Assembly (NCBI RefSeq): GCF_006345805.1
Contig: NC_043002.1
Span: forward strand, 74,524,001-74,588,000
DNA: 64,000 nucleotides
DNA from: Octopus sinensis
Taxonomy: Eukaryota
Direction: 5' to 3'
Below, one piece after another: positions 27,010-38,326 of the stretch. How positions within the stretch are numbered: position 1 is the first letter of the stretch; each line of letters starts with the position of its first letter. The position numbers and the translations under genes are program-made. The notes beneath the pieces were generated by a model that saw only the letters and a list, made by a program, of their open reading frames with translations, was not told the origin of the DNA and ran no database searches.

Positions 27010-27385
27010 GTAGGAGTGGTTGTGTGGTAAGTAGCTTGCTTACCAACCACATGGTTCCGGGTTCAGTCCCACTGTGTGGCACCTTAGGCAAGTGTCTTCT
27101 ACTCTAACCTCGGACCGACCAAAGCCTTGTGAGTAAATTTGGTAGACGGAAACTGAAAGAAGCCTGTCGTATATATGTATATGTGTGTGTGTGTGTGTGT
27201 TTGTGTCTGTGCCCCCAACATCGCTTGACAACCGATGCTAGTGTGTTTACGTTCCCGTAACTTAGCGGTTCGGCAAAAGAAACCGATAAAATAAGTACCA
27301 GGCTTTTAAAAAGTTCCGGGATCGATTCCTTCGACTAAAATCCTTCAAGGTGGTGCCCCACCATGGTCGCAGTCTAATGATTGAA
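27010..27385 (+). mobile_element. tRNA-derived SINE family B with internal microsatellite; copies at about 17915-18335 +, 31780-32130 -, 32555-32905 -, 33400-33765 +, 41165-41505 -, 43190-43640 -, 48575-48915 +, 51460-51810 -, 54830-55190 -
   Basis: GTGTGGTAAG...GGTTCAGTCCCACTG...CTTGGGCAAGTGTCTT...GGAAACTGAAAGAAGCC...TTGACAACC...GACTGAAACAAGTAAAAGA. Resembles cephalopod Ceph-type SINEs from memory. Confidence 0.85.
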
Positions 27386-27417
27386 GCAAATTATGTGTGT
27401 GTGTGTGTGTGTGGAGA

Positions 27418-27705
27418 GGCGCAATGGCCCAGTGGTTAGGGCAGCGAACTCGCGGTCGTAGGATCGCGGTTTCGATTCCCAGACCGGGCGTTGTGAGTGT
27501 CTATTGAACGAAAACACCTAAAGCTGCACGAGGCTCCAGCAGGGAGTGGTGTCGATCTCTTTCGCCACAACTCTCCCTCACTCTTTCTTCTGTTGGCCTG
27601 CTCGCTTAGCCAGTGGGGCGGCGTCATTTGAAGGCTAAAACAATGCGAAGCGCAATGTGACCAGCGATGTGTAGCAACATCTGATAGCCTAGTCGGTCAC
27701 AGGGA
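27418..27705 (+). mobile_element. tRNA-derived SINE family C; related copy at about 4582-4895
   Basis: tRNA-like head GGCGCAATGGCCCAGTGGTTAGGGCAGCG...GGTTTCGATTCCC. Shared 3' body GAAGGCTAAAACAATGCGAAG..CATTGTGACCAG. Confidence 0.8.
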
Positions 27706-27860
27706 CATATATATATATATATATATATAAGTGGAGGTTTTGCATTGCGTTTTTTACAGATGAAACATTTGCTCTGTTGGAGTCATTTCCATACCTAATC
27801 ACTACATTTTGTAGTAGTGGTTGTGAATGAGAGGGGAAGATGTGAGACGACCACCAAAAA

Positions 27861-28669
27861 TGGCCGTGCAAAAGTTTTCGGCCACCTCACATAAACCTAT
27901 CAAGAAACCGTGTTTTAAAACAGGAAAATGTCTATAATGAAAATTTATTCCATAATGTTCATTTTAAGAAGTTACTGTACATTGTTAATATTTCGTGTGG
28001 CTTCCCTAGCTTTAATAATTGCTTCAATGCGTCTGAGAAGAGATGCGTACAAATCCTTCGCCATCTTCACAGGTATGAGATACCATTCTCTGTGGCTGAG
28101 CTCCCACAACTGTTCAAAATTGCGTGGATTCTTCTGACGGACTCCTCTTTAGTTCTGTCCACATTTGCTCGATGGTATTTACGTCAGGGCTCTGAGCTGG
28201 CCAATCTTTCCAATACGGTAACACTTTCTTTCATCAGTCAGACTCTCTGTTGTGTTGCACGCGATCTGTGACATGGAGCCCCGTCGTGTTGAAAGATCTC
28301 ACCTTCATCCCAAGTCCGGTATCAAATTGTCCTGGATGTGTTTGGCACTATTCAAGTTACTGTCAATATTAACCAACTTTCTTGAACCATCGCTTTTTAT
28401 GTATCCCCAAAGCATCGCTCTTACCCCCAACCTTCACTGTTTTCGTCGTGTAACGTAAATCATTTCGCTTTCTAATAAATGAGAATTTGTCATCTTCCCC
28501 TCTCATTCAGAACCCCTACTACAAAAAACAATGATTAAGTATGGAAACTGACTTCAACAGGGCCAATGTTTTATCTGTAAAAAACGCAATGCAAAACATC
28601 CACTTATAAGTTGGCAATAGATAGAAATTTACAATAGTTTAAAGTGGCAAGGACTTTTGCACGGTACTG
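27861..28669 (-). mobile_element. Decayed Tc1 (DD34E-like) transposon, internally deleted
   Basis: TIRs CAGTACCGTGCAAAAGTCCTTGCCAC and ..TGGCCGTGCAAAAGTTTTCGGCCAC. Remnants FQHDGAPCHRSRAT, then after a frameshift DWPAQSPDVNTIEQMWTELK. Confidence 0.8.
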
Positions 28670-29034
28670 TATACATATATATATATATATATATAAATTC
28701 ACTCACCTGACTTTGCTCAGACCAGGGTTAAAAAAGTACTTATTCATGTAAGAATTGAAACAGGAAACTTAAGTCTAACAACGCAGTGAAGCATCGGCTT
28801 CAAAAGCGTTAAACACTTATAATGTGCAAATGAGAAGCTCCAATTCTTTGAAGCTACCAGGATTGATGTGCATATAAATAGATTGTCAACTTGTTTCTCT
28901 GGGATTGGTCAAATGATGTAGACACCTTTACCAAAAACTCCAATAAAGGTTGAAAACTCATTTAAGGCTGTTCATCCTTTGTGGGTTGACATACACACAC
29001 ACACATTACATACATTTTTCGTTTTATTTGAAAG

Positions 29035-29343
29035 TGTTTGTTGTTTCCACGTCTCCAGGTGTTCTGGTGGAATTTCGAACCCAACCCTTTATTTGACTAA
29101 TGGGGTACTGTTCTCATTCCTAAGGTATTCTTTTTTGCTGACGGGCATATAGCTACTAATCCTCAGATTCTGAGTTCAATCCCAGGCAAGGACTTGGGAA
29201 ATAATCATCAGCAAAAAAGAATATCTAGGAATGAGAACAGAGTACCCCATTAGTCAAATAAAGGGTTAGGTTCGAAATTCCACCAGAACACCTGATGAGG
29301 GTGATAGAGAACATCAGCCGAAACGTTGTGGTAACAACAAACA
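29035..29343. repeat. Inverted repeat (arms about 29035-29141 and 29208-29343), Penelope-like remnant
   Basis: About 85 bp of near-perfect reverse complement with a 66-nt spacer. The left arm lacks about 27 nt present in the right arm. Confidence 0.9.
29289..29330 (+). ncRNA. Candidate minimal type I hammerhead ribozyme (Penelope-type)
   Basis: CAC-CUGAUGA-G[GGUGAU AGAGAAC AUCAGC]C-GAAA-CG-U-U-GUG: intact core, stem II with one mismatch, palindromic ACGU stem III, 3-bp stem I. Confidence 0.55.
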
Positions 29344-29439
29344 AGGTGAGGACACCTATCTGACAATTGTAAATAATGTACATAATTCCTCATCTAAAAC
29401 ATATAGATTAGTATTTTTCCTTTTAGTTGCTAGGTCTGG

Positions 29440-29915
29440 AAGAAGAAATGTCCGTGACTTTAGCCAACACTTACAGAAAAAATACATGCAGTGTGAGAGT
29501 TCCAACATTCTAGGAAGGATTGAGTGTGGTGGTCAGTGCTGGGCCTGAATATTTGAACACAACAAGGATATCATGATAAATAAAAATAAGTGGGTCAAGA
29601 ATGCCCAAGTAGAGGTGGTGCAAGTAGAGGCCAATATGGTAGCAATAGCAGAGGCAGGAGACATGCAAAGCTGTGGATTACAAGCTGGAGTACATCTCTG
29701 AGTGATTTTATGCCAGTCAGTTAAGAGGTCCTTTTCTGGATATGGTCTTGGATATCTTTGTATGTAAGAGCAGCACTGAGCCCTATTTGGGGGTACAATA
29801 CTCCACTGAGGGCCTCACCTGACCTTTGAGGAGTGTCAATGAGTGTTAGTAGCTGAAGTATCTTGTCTGTATGGTATGAGTACTGAGCCAACAATATGGG
29901 CAAGTAGCAGGGACT
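29440..29915 (-). mobile_element. 5' fragment of an RTE-like LINE
   Basis: Degenerate endonuclease start S*NVGTLT (from TWNVGTL) near 29510, preceded by leader-like sequence. Confidence 0.4.
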
Positions 29916-30600
29916 TTCAAAGCTTAAATATATCAGGAAAATAGTTGTACTTAAGGTGCATTATACATGTACTACTGATAAATAAAAAAAAAATCAACAA
30001 GTAAAAAGATGAACTCATGTAGCTCATACAAGATAATTTTTCAACATCATGTAAATCACAAACACAGTCATGTGTAGGCCAAAGCTTGGCTGTGTACTGG
30101 CATGCAGACATGGTTATATATAAGTACAAGCATGGTTGTGTAAAGGCACATGCATAGCTGTGTATAGATGCAGACACAGCCGTGTATAGATGCAGACATG
30201 ACCTTGAGCATAAGTGGAGGAATGGCCATGTATAGGTACATGCATGACTGTATGAATAGGCACATGCCTAGCTGTGTGTATTGGTGCACAGGAATAACTG
30301 TGTAGTTTTCTTCCCAACCACATGGTTTTGGGTTCAGTCCCACTGAATAGTATTTTATTTGAATAAGTGTTTTCGACTATAAACCATGGGCCAACCAAAG
30401 CCATGTGAGTGGATTTGTAAAGAGAAACTGAAGAAAGCTTGTCATATACATGCTGATTTAGCATTTGTATACATTCAGTCTAAGTAGATACACTTACCTG
30501 AATTAAGAATTAAAATAACTAAAGGAATTAATTTGAGCTGAAGAAGTAGGAAGAAATAAGAAAACTACCAAATGTTTTAGTATAATAATAAACATAAAGT

Positions 30601-30606
30601 TTTATT
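30601..30606 (-). terminator. Candidate polyadenylation signal AATAAA (others at 30354-30359 and 29023-29028)
   Basis: TTTATT on plus about 115 nt past the stop codon. Which signal is used cannot be read from sequence in such AT-rich DNA. Confidence 0.4.
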
Positions 30607-30721
30607 TTTCAATGAGAATTTCCATACACCCTTTGTAATGTGCAAGCCAGATAGTATATTGAAGTTACAAGTACTATCAACAGGATACTACAATGGTAGG
30701 CAGTTCCATTGAAACCATTCT

Positions 30722-30938
30722 TCAATCACTTGATGACCAACTGCGACTGCGACTGGAACTACTGCTCTTTCTCTTGCGACCACTCAATCTTCTTCCGCTC
30801 CTTCTACTGCTTCGACGGCGCTGACGACTGCTGCTGCTACTACGGCGGTCCCGAGTGTTTCGCCGTTGTTGGTTGCGAGAGCTGCTTCGTGAGTAGGAGC
30901 GCCGATGGCTGGATGACCGACTTCGTGAAGGACTTGAA
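30722..30938 (-). CDS. NKTR: Terminal coding exon 15 (217 nt incl. TGA): SSPSRSRSSSHRRSYSRSSSR...RSRSWSSSD*
   Basis: Acceptor tttgtggctcacag|T, phase 2. TGA at 30722-30724. Matches ORF 30722..30949. Confidence 0.92.
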
Positions 30939-32320
30939 CTGTGAGCCACAAATATATAAATAAAGGAAATAAATTTTGCAATTTATTAAAAAGCTAGGGT
31001 GAAACTAATCAATTTTAAAAGATTTAATTGAAAATGATGAACAAAAATTATAATTTTTTTTTTTTTTACAAGAATGACACCCTGCAATAAATTCAGATGC
31101 AAAAATATAACTTATCAAACATGTCAACCTGATATACAAATGATAGTAAAGAATTAGTGATTTACAGACTACTTCATATTTTACAATATAAATTGTAAAT
31201 TATATGTAGCACAATGGTACATTTTGTTTTCTAGATCAGCTAAGGGATTTAATTCTATCTTTATTATTAGAAGTCAGATGGTAAGAAAAGAACAAATTTA
31301 AAGAAACTAGAATATAAACATATCTTATTTAACAACACAAAATATTGTAGCATTTACACCAAAAAGATAATGCCAAGAAATTTTCAAAATTTATAGGTTT
31401 AAAACAATTTCATTTGTTTTTATGAGGAAATAATTTTCATTTCTAAAAGGATCAGAAATTTTGGGCAAGACATATATATTTCTGGGCACTCTGTCAGTTA
31501 GGACGACAAGGGTTCTAATTGATCAGATCAATGGAACAACCTTCTCACAAAATTAACATGCAAGTGGCTGAGTACTCCACAAACACATGTAGCCGTAACA
31601 TAGTTCTCAGGGAGATTCAGCATGACACAAAGTGTGACAAGGCTGGCCCTTTGAGGTATAGGGACTTCATTTCTGCCAGCTGGGTAGACTGGAGAAATGT
31701 GAAATAAAGTGTCTTGTTCAAACACAACCCGTTGCCAGGAATTGAACTCACGACCTTACAATCATATTCTTTTATTTGTTTTAGTCATTTGACTGTGGCC
31801 ATGCTGGAGCATCACCTTTAGTCAAACAAAATGACCCCAGAGATTACTCTTTGCTTATTCTATTGGTCTCTTATGCCGAACCGCTAAGTTACAGGGACGT
31901 GAACACACCAGCATTGGTTGTTAAGTGATAATGGGGGAACACAGACACAAGCACACATATATATACACACATATGACAGGCTTCTTTCAGTTTCCGTCTA
32001 CCAAATCCACTCACAACGCTTTGGTCAGCCCAAAGCTATAAAAGAAGACACTTGCCCAAGATACCAAGCAGTGGGACTGAACCCAGAACCATGTGGTTGG
32101 TAAGGAAGATACTTAACACACGGCCACTAGTTGTTAGGGTATTCGGCTTACAATCGCAAGTTCATACATATATGTATGAACTGAAGTGTCTTTATTACTA
32201 GACTGGTACTAATTTTATTAACTCCAGAAGGACAAAAGGCAGGTGACCCAATAACATTTGGTTTTTTTTTTTCTTCATTTTTTTTACTTGAATGTAATAA
32301 AGATGAAATTAAAAACTTAC

Positions 32321-32368
32321 CGTCTTCGAGAATTACTACGCCTGGGAGAATCTCGCCTGCGACGATTC
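32321..32368 (-). CDS. NKTR: Exon 14 (48-nt micro-exon): NRRRRDSPRRSNSRR
   Basis: Acceptor atatttgtgaag|G (weak AAG), donor CG|gtaagt, phase 2-2. A CpG-rich RS island in a CpG-poor intron. Confidence 0.82.
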
Positions 32369-32751
32369 CTTCACAAATATACAATTTTCAATAAATCAGA
32401 TTTTCTATTTAAAATGATTTGACGTTAACATAAAACATGTCTAGGTCATTTTTTTTAAATGCAAAAATAAATATTAAAATGAATTAGTATACATATAAAT
32501 ATATATACATATACACACGTTTATCTTTTCTTTTTCTTTTTTTTTTACTTATTTCACAGTCATTGACTGCAGCCATGCTGGAGTACTGCCTTGAAGTGTT
32601 TTTTGTCAAATAATCTGACCCCAGGACTTATTTTTAAGCCTAGTACTTATTCTATCGGCCTCTTTGCTGAATTGCTAAGTTATAGAAATGTGAAAACACC
32701 AACACCAGTTGTCAAGCAATGATGGCCATGCAAATACAAAGACACACACAC

Positions 32752-32791
<40 letters not shown>

Positions 32792-33792
32792 TTCAGGCTT
32801 TGGTTGGCCTGATGCAATAGTAGAAAACACTTGCCCAAGGTACCATGCAGAAGTATTGTATCCAGAACCATGTGGTTGGGAAACAAGCTTCTTATCGCAC
32901 AGCAGCACATATCATCGTCGTTTAAAAGAATTTCATATTTGGAAATTGATTCATAACAGAGATTCCCTGGATTTGATCTAATGTAAAGTTCAAGTAAGCA
33001 AATTGACTGTGGAAAGTTACACAGGTTCAAAATTTAGAGCTTAAGCGTCTTTCAACAACCCTGAAATCATAATCCTGCCTTTTTCAAGTTAACCTTGTAA
33101 ACTGCTGTATTTTATGTTAGCCGTGAATAAAGTGAATAAAGCATTAGAAACCATGTTGATTTATGAGTGATCATTGAAGAATTAACAAGTAGAGTATTTT
33201 ATTAAAAGAACAGGTTTTCTGGTATAGGACAATCTGTTGAAATATCAAAATTAAACATGAAAGTGTGGTAGGTGAGGGTGGAGTGGATGATGAGTAAAGT
33301 TCTAATTGTTGAAAGCTTTTTAAGTGCTACTTAAACCAGATAGTTTATGAGATTGAGCTTTTTGTGGACCCCAATACAAATGATAGTTTATAAAAGTTAC
33401 ATAAGAAGTTTGCTTTGCGACCACATGGTTTTGGGTTCAATCCCACTGCATAGCACCTTGGGCAAGTATCTTCTAGTATAGCCCCAGATAAATCAATGCC
33501 TTGTGTGTGAATTTGGTAGGTGTAAACTGTTTAAAAGTCTGTTGTATATGTGTCTTTGTGTCTGTGTTATGTGCCACTCCCCATTTTTTAACAACTGGTG
33601 TTGGTTTGTTTATCTTCCCATAACATAGCAGTCCAGCAAAAGAAACCAACAGAATAAGTATCAGACTTAAAAAAAAAAAAATAAGTACCAGGATTAAATT
33701 GTTCAACTAAAACCCTTCAGGTTGTATGGCTGCAGTCCAATGACTGAAACAAGTAAAAGACATAGGATTTAAAATATGAAAACTTAACTTAC

Positions 33793-33873
33793 TTAGAAGT
33801 GTCTCTAGAAGGGCTGCGCTTATACTTAGAAGTTGATGATGATATTGGGGATCTATGACGATAAGGAGGACCC
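33793..33873 (-). CDS. NKTR: Exon 13 (81 nt): GPPYRHRSPISSSTSKYKRSPSRDTS
   Basis: Acceptor tttcctctttctag|G, donor AA|gtaagt, phase 2-2. RSP-rich. Confidence 0.88.
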
Positions 33874-34000
33874 CTAGAAAGAGGAAACATCAAAATTTAG
33901 AAAAAGCAAAACCAACTTCATAAAGACTTCTCACATTACTGAATATGATAAAAATATTAATTCCAAAGAAGCGTGCAAAAAATAGAAACTGTTTACACAC

Positions 34001-34867
34001 CGACTCCTAGAGCGTGTTGATCTACGTTGCTTCCATCTAGGGGGCGAGTAGTTACTGGTCCTCATATAAGGTCGTGATGAACGAGGTGAAGTATACTTTC
34101 TTGATGATCGGATTCCTCGAGAGGACGACGAACGTGAATACCTGTTTAAAGAGTATGATGTCGGTGAATGGTTCCAACGTCCACCACGCACTGGAGAATT
34201 TCGGCTGGGTGACCTAAAGTAGCGCTTTGGAGACCGTGAATGGCTTCTCGATTTGCTACTGTTGTGACTGGTATGCCGTCTGCCCGATGACTTCTTTGGC
34301 GAAGGACTTGAATCCCGCGTGTATGACTGTTTGGATGAAGACAGAGTTGAATGATGTTTTTCATTATCTTCAGTGCTCTTAGAAGGGATGCTAATCACAT
34401 CAATTTCTTTTTTGCCACTCTTTTCAGCATTGTCTTTCTCAACTACAGCCTTGGTTATTTCAGAGATCGAGGGTGGTTGCATCTTAAGATCACCTGCTTT
34501 TGTATCTGAAGGTAAAGGCACAGGGACATCAGACAATTCAATGCTCTCTTTTGTAACTTCATCTGAGTTAATGGATATCACTGCTTCATCAACGACTGCT
34601 TTCTGGTCTGTCTCAGAACTGACCGCTACAGCAGGTGTTGTGATTACAGCTTTGGCCAAAACAGAACTGCTAGTGTCAGAAAGTTTCAAAGTGGAAGAGA
34701 AGATGTTCTGTGCACATTTATCTGTCATTGATGGAACTGCAGTCAAAGAGTCAATGGAAACAGAAGCTACAGTGTTTGTGGAACTAGGTGGAAGTGGTAC
34801 AGATTTCACACCTCCTACAGGATCAGGTGGGGTAGGGATGTTTGCTAGTAATGCTGCAGAATTGATT
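34001..34867 (-). CDS. NKTR: Exon 12 (867 nt): INSAALLANIPTPPDP... acidic/Ser region then RS domain ...SPPRWKQRRSTRSRS
   Basis: Acceptor gttttctctag|A, donor CG|gtgtgt, phase 2-2. Matches ORF 33931..34899. Confidence 0.9.
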
Positions 34868-37800
34868 CTAGAGAAAACAAATGAAAAGTATAAAAACAAA
34901 ATTAGTAATTAAAAAATATTAAAATTTTAAAGCTAAAGGTTTGGACTATTTGACCATTTGATTATTTGATCAAAGCTGATCAGCTGTTGCAACATATCCT
35001 TAGGCAAGATGCAATCATTACTCAGCTTTAGTTTGCCTCAGATGACAAGTGGCAGCACTCCACTTCAAGTTGAGTGCTTAGGAATGATAAGCTGTAAAAA
35101 ATATTTATTTCAACAATATACACAAAGGTCTGTAAAAGAACCAGTTCTTTAAAGATTGGTATTTCCTAACTACTTTATTATCTTAGCTCACCTGATATTC
35201 TAACTCAGACCACTTTGATTTTTGATAAATTCATGTAAAAGAAGTTTTATATTCTAAATTTTTCGAGTACCATTTTTAAAGATAAATGCATTTTAACTAA
35301 ACTGGAAAAAAATTATACTAAAAGTTGGTGCCAATCAATAACAATTTCACTATCAAGTACAAGAAAGGAAATATAATTGATTCACTTAACTCCAATATAT
35401 TATCAACTTTGGAGATTGAAAAAGTTGTATCTAATGTAATTAAACCAAGAAACACAATGTTCCAAACCTGTGACCATAAAATATATAGTAAATGCATTCT
35501 ACTGTTATACTATGTATACCACTTTATCAAGGCAAATTTCTATCTTATTTTATCCTACTTATTTATTAATTCTGAAAAGATGGAAGGCAAGTCAACCCCA
35601 TTAATATTTGAACTGAGATTCAAGAGATGCATATCAAATACAACCATACATCAAGCCTGTCATTCTATTAACCTCTCCATATTTACTACCCTTCATCAGC
35701 TTATAATATAAAAAAATAAAACTAAGATAGACAGCTAGTCATTATGGAGTATTTAAATAAATCCCAAATTAATTGTTGCAAAAATAAAATCAAAGTTACT
35801 CTAATAGTTTTCTGGGAGAATATCTTTCTGTGGTCATTCTTAATAATATTTAACTGAAATTCTACCAATAGCTGACATGCATGCTTCTGCAGACACACAA
35901 AGAAAGCGTGTTGGTGCATGTTTCAAATAATGACAAAAGCTAGTCATTTCCTCTGATAAAATTCCACGATAGAGGCCAAGTCTTTACAAGTTATTATGAT
36001 TCTTTAGAAACCATACTGCTCTCAATTATACTTAAGCATGACTGTAGCTCACATGACCTAAATCATATCAGTAGATAAATATACAAAGAAAAGAACAAAT
36101 ATTTATTTAATAGTAACTATATAGACGGTCTTGAACTAAAAATGAATAAGAAAATCTTTGGGAATTGGTCTTATCGTAAATCAATAATTTGAACAATTAA
36201 AGAACACGCATAATTATTTAGGGTCAATGTAACTGATTGTTTAACACAAGGCTGCAGATTTCTAATGACAGAAAAATGAATTTGTAATGTTGATATCTTT
36301 CTCAAGGATATTAGAGACAAACCTGAAAATTAAATAGATTATATACATTATAAACAGCCAGAATGAAGTTCATCTCTGTACCTACATTGCTGTATGAAAG
36401 CAATCTGACTTTTCAATTAATAAAATATAAATCCAATTTATCATTTATCTTAAATGCAAAACAATTAAGATGAATTAAAAAGTGTAGGAAAAAGAACGAA
36501 AAAAATGACTTGGTGGTCCAGTGCCAAACTACCTGGAAATTAATGATGGCTTAGTTGTTGTCACTATTCGGATGCAGGGCAACCCTGGAAGAGCTTACCT
36601 ACAATTGAAAGCAATCCATTTGTGACCACCCCATATTTTAAAGGGTATCCAAGACTACATTAGTCAATGCATTCAATCTTTAATATAGTATGGTGCAGTT
36701 TGAGGGTTGTTATTTCTAGAAGGTTGAGCAACCATATAGAGGCTCCCTTATTGAAAGCTTTAGTTGACTATGTTGGAATTCCATAATTTCACATGGGATT
36801 GAATCCATGTTTGAAAATTGATCCCAGTATATTCTTAAGAGTTACTTAACAGAAATAAATTGTTTTTAAATTCAACCAAAGCAAATTCTCCTCCAAGTGC
36901 TTATAGGTCACTATAGGCTGAATGAAGTTCTCTGCGACAACTGGATATTTAACCCATTTATTACCATATTTCTGTTAAAATATATTGTCTTTAAAAATAA
37001 GGAAAAATTTAGTAAAATGACAATCATTATTAAGCTGCTTTTATGTAGATCACAATAACTTTTGTGATACCAACACATTTGAGACCACCCTTGGTTTCAA
37101 TGATATAAACTTTATGTTTTAAAGTGATTTAACACTTTTGTTACCATATTTATTTTGAGATGCTCTTTGTTTCTTTCAATTATTTTAAATATAACAAAAA
37201 ATTTCATAAAATAACTAAGCTGGTGTTAGGAACATAAACTGTGATGAAGATTTGGTGGAAGATTTCAATTCAAAATTTATGAAAAGACATTTGTACTACA
37301 GAGCCAGAGCCGGTTTCAGCCGGGTTGGTAACAAAAGGGTTAAATTAAAGCCTTCCATCAAAATTTCATGTTGATTTTTGTTCCAAATATCAGCTTAATA
37401 ATGATAAAGTTATTTTACTTAATTCTTCATTATTTTCAAATCCAGTGTTGTTCAAAAGAAATTTGGTAATCAATTTGTATCCTAGAACTAAGGGTGGTCT
37501 CTGGTAGGTGGGTATCAAAAAGATTAACTAATCTCTTATATTGTCTTTTATGTTCTTTAGTAATCTAGGTCAGCTGTGCTTGAGCAGACTTGTAATATGG
37601 AGGCAGCTGACCTCTTGTCAAGATCATCTTACCTTTATTACAAAAGACATGTTATCCAAATACTTAAGATCTAAATATAACATTAAGGTCCTTTCTTATA
37701 TATGAAAGATTTTGCTTGGGGAGGAGGGAAATTTCTACATTGCAATTAACTACATAGAAATTACTTTTTCTTCATTCCCACTTTTTGGTGTATTCTATGA

Positions 37801-38057
37801 AGAAAAGTCAATTATGGACAGGAATCAATTTTATGCAAAAAGTTGGAGAACCAAAGAAAACTTTGTAATACGGCACATTTTTTCCTTTTAATGATAATAA
37901 ACAAGGACATTTATAATTTTTAATGCTTTAATAAAAAAAAAAGTTAAATGATTTTCATGTCAAAACATGTTTATCAACAAAAATGTGCTTCAATGTATCT
38001 GACAACTACAGACATTTTACTCATTAAAAACTGGTGCAAAAAGAAGAAAATACCAAC

Positions 38058-38326
38058 TTGGCAAACTGAGCTGTAGCTTCAATGGCTGTTTGTTCGGCAA
38101 TTGCTAATGGTGGTGGTGGAAGAGGAGGTGGCGGTGGAGTGGTGGTAGTAGTGGTGGTGGCGGTGGTGGAGGCGGCAGCGGTAGTAGTAGTAGTCGTAGT
38201 TTGCACTGTTGTTGATGTTGTTGCTGACGTCGTCAGCCCAGAAGTAGTACAGCTTAAATGTACAGTTTCCCGACTTCCTTCCGATGGAAGACGGATAGAC
38301 AAAGGAGGGTTCACTTCAGGAGGCAA
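38058..38326 (-). CDS. NKTR: Exon 11 (269 nt): LPPEVNPP... Thr/Pro-rich ...PPPPPLPPPPLAIAEQTAIEATAQFA
   Basis: Acceptor atatttgcag|T, donor AA|gttggt, phase 0-2. This donor was chosen over one 4 nt downstream because it restores the frame of the next exon. Confidence 0.8.

Noticed and set aside
34373-34912. 179-aa plus-strand ORF, and similar antisense or alternate-frame ORFs at 38082, 44030, 49806 and 57327-57842
   Set aside because: These are shadows of the real minus-strand NKTR-like exons.
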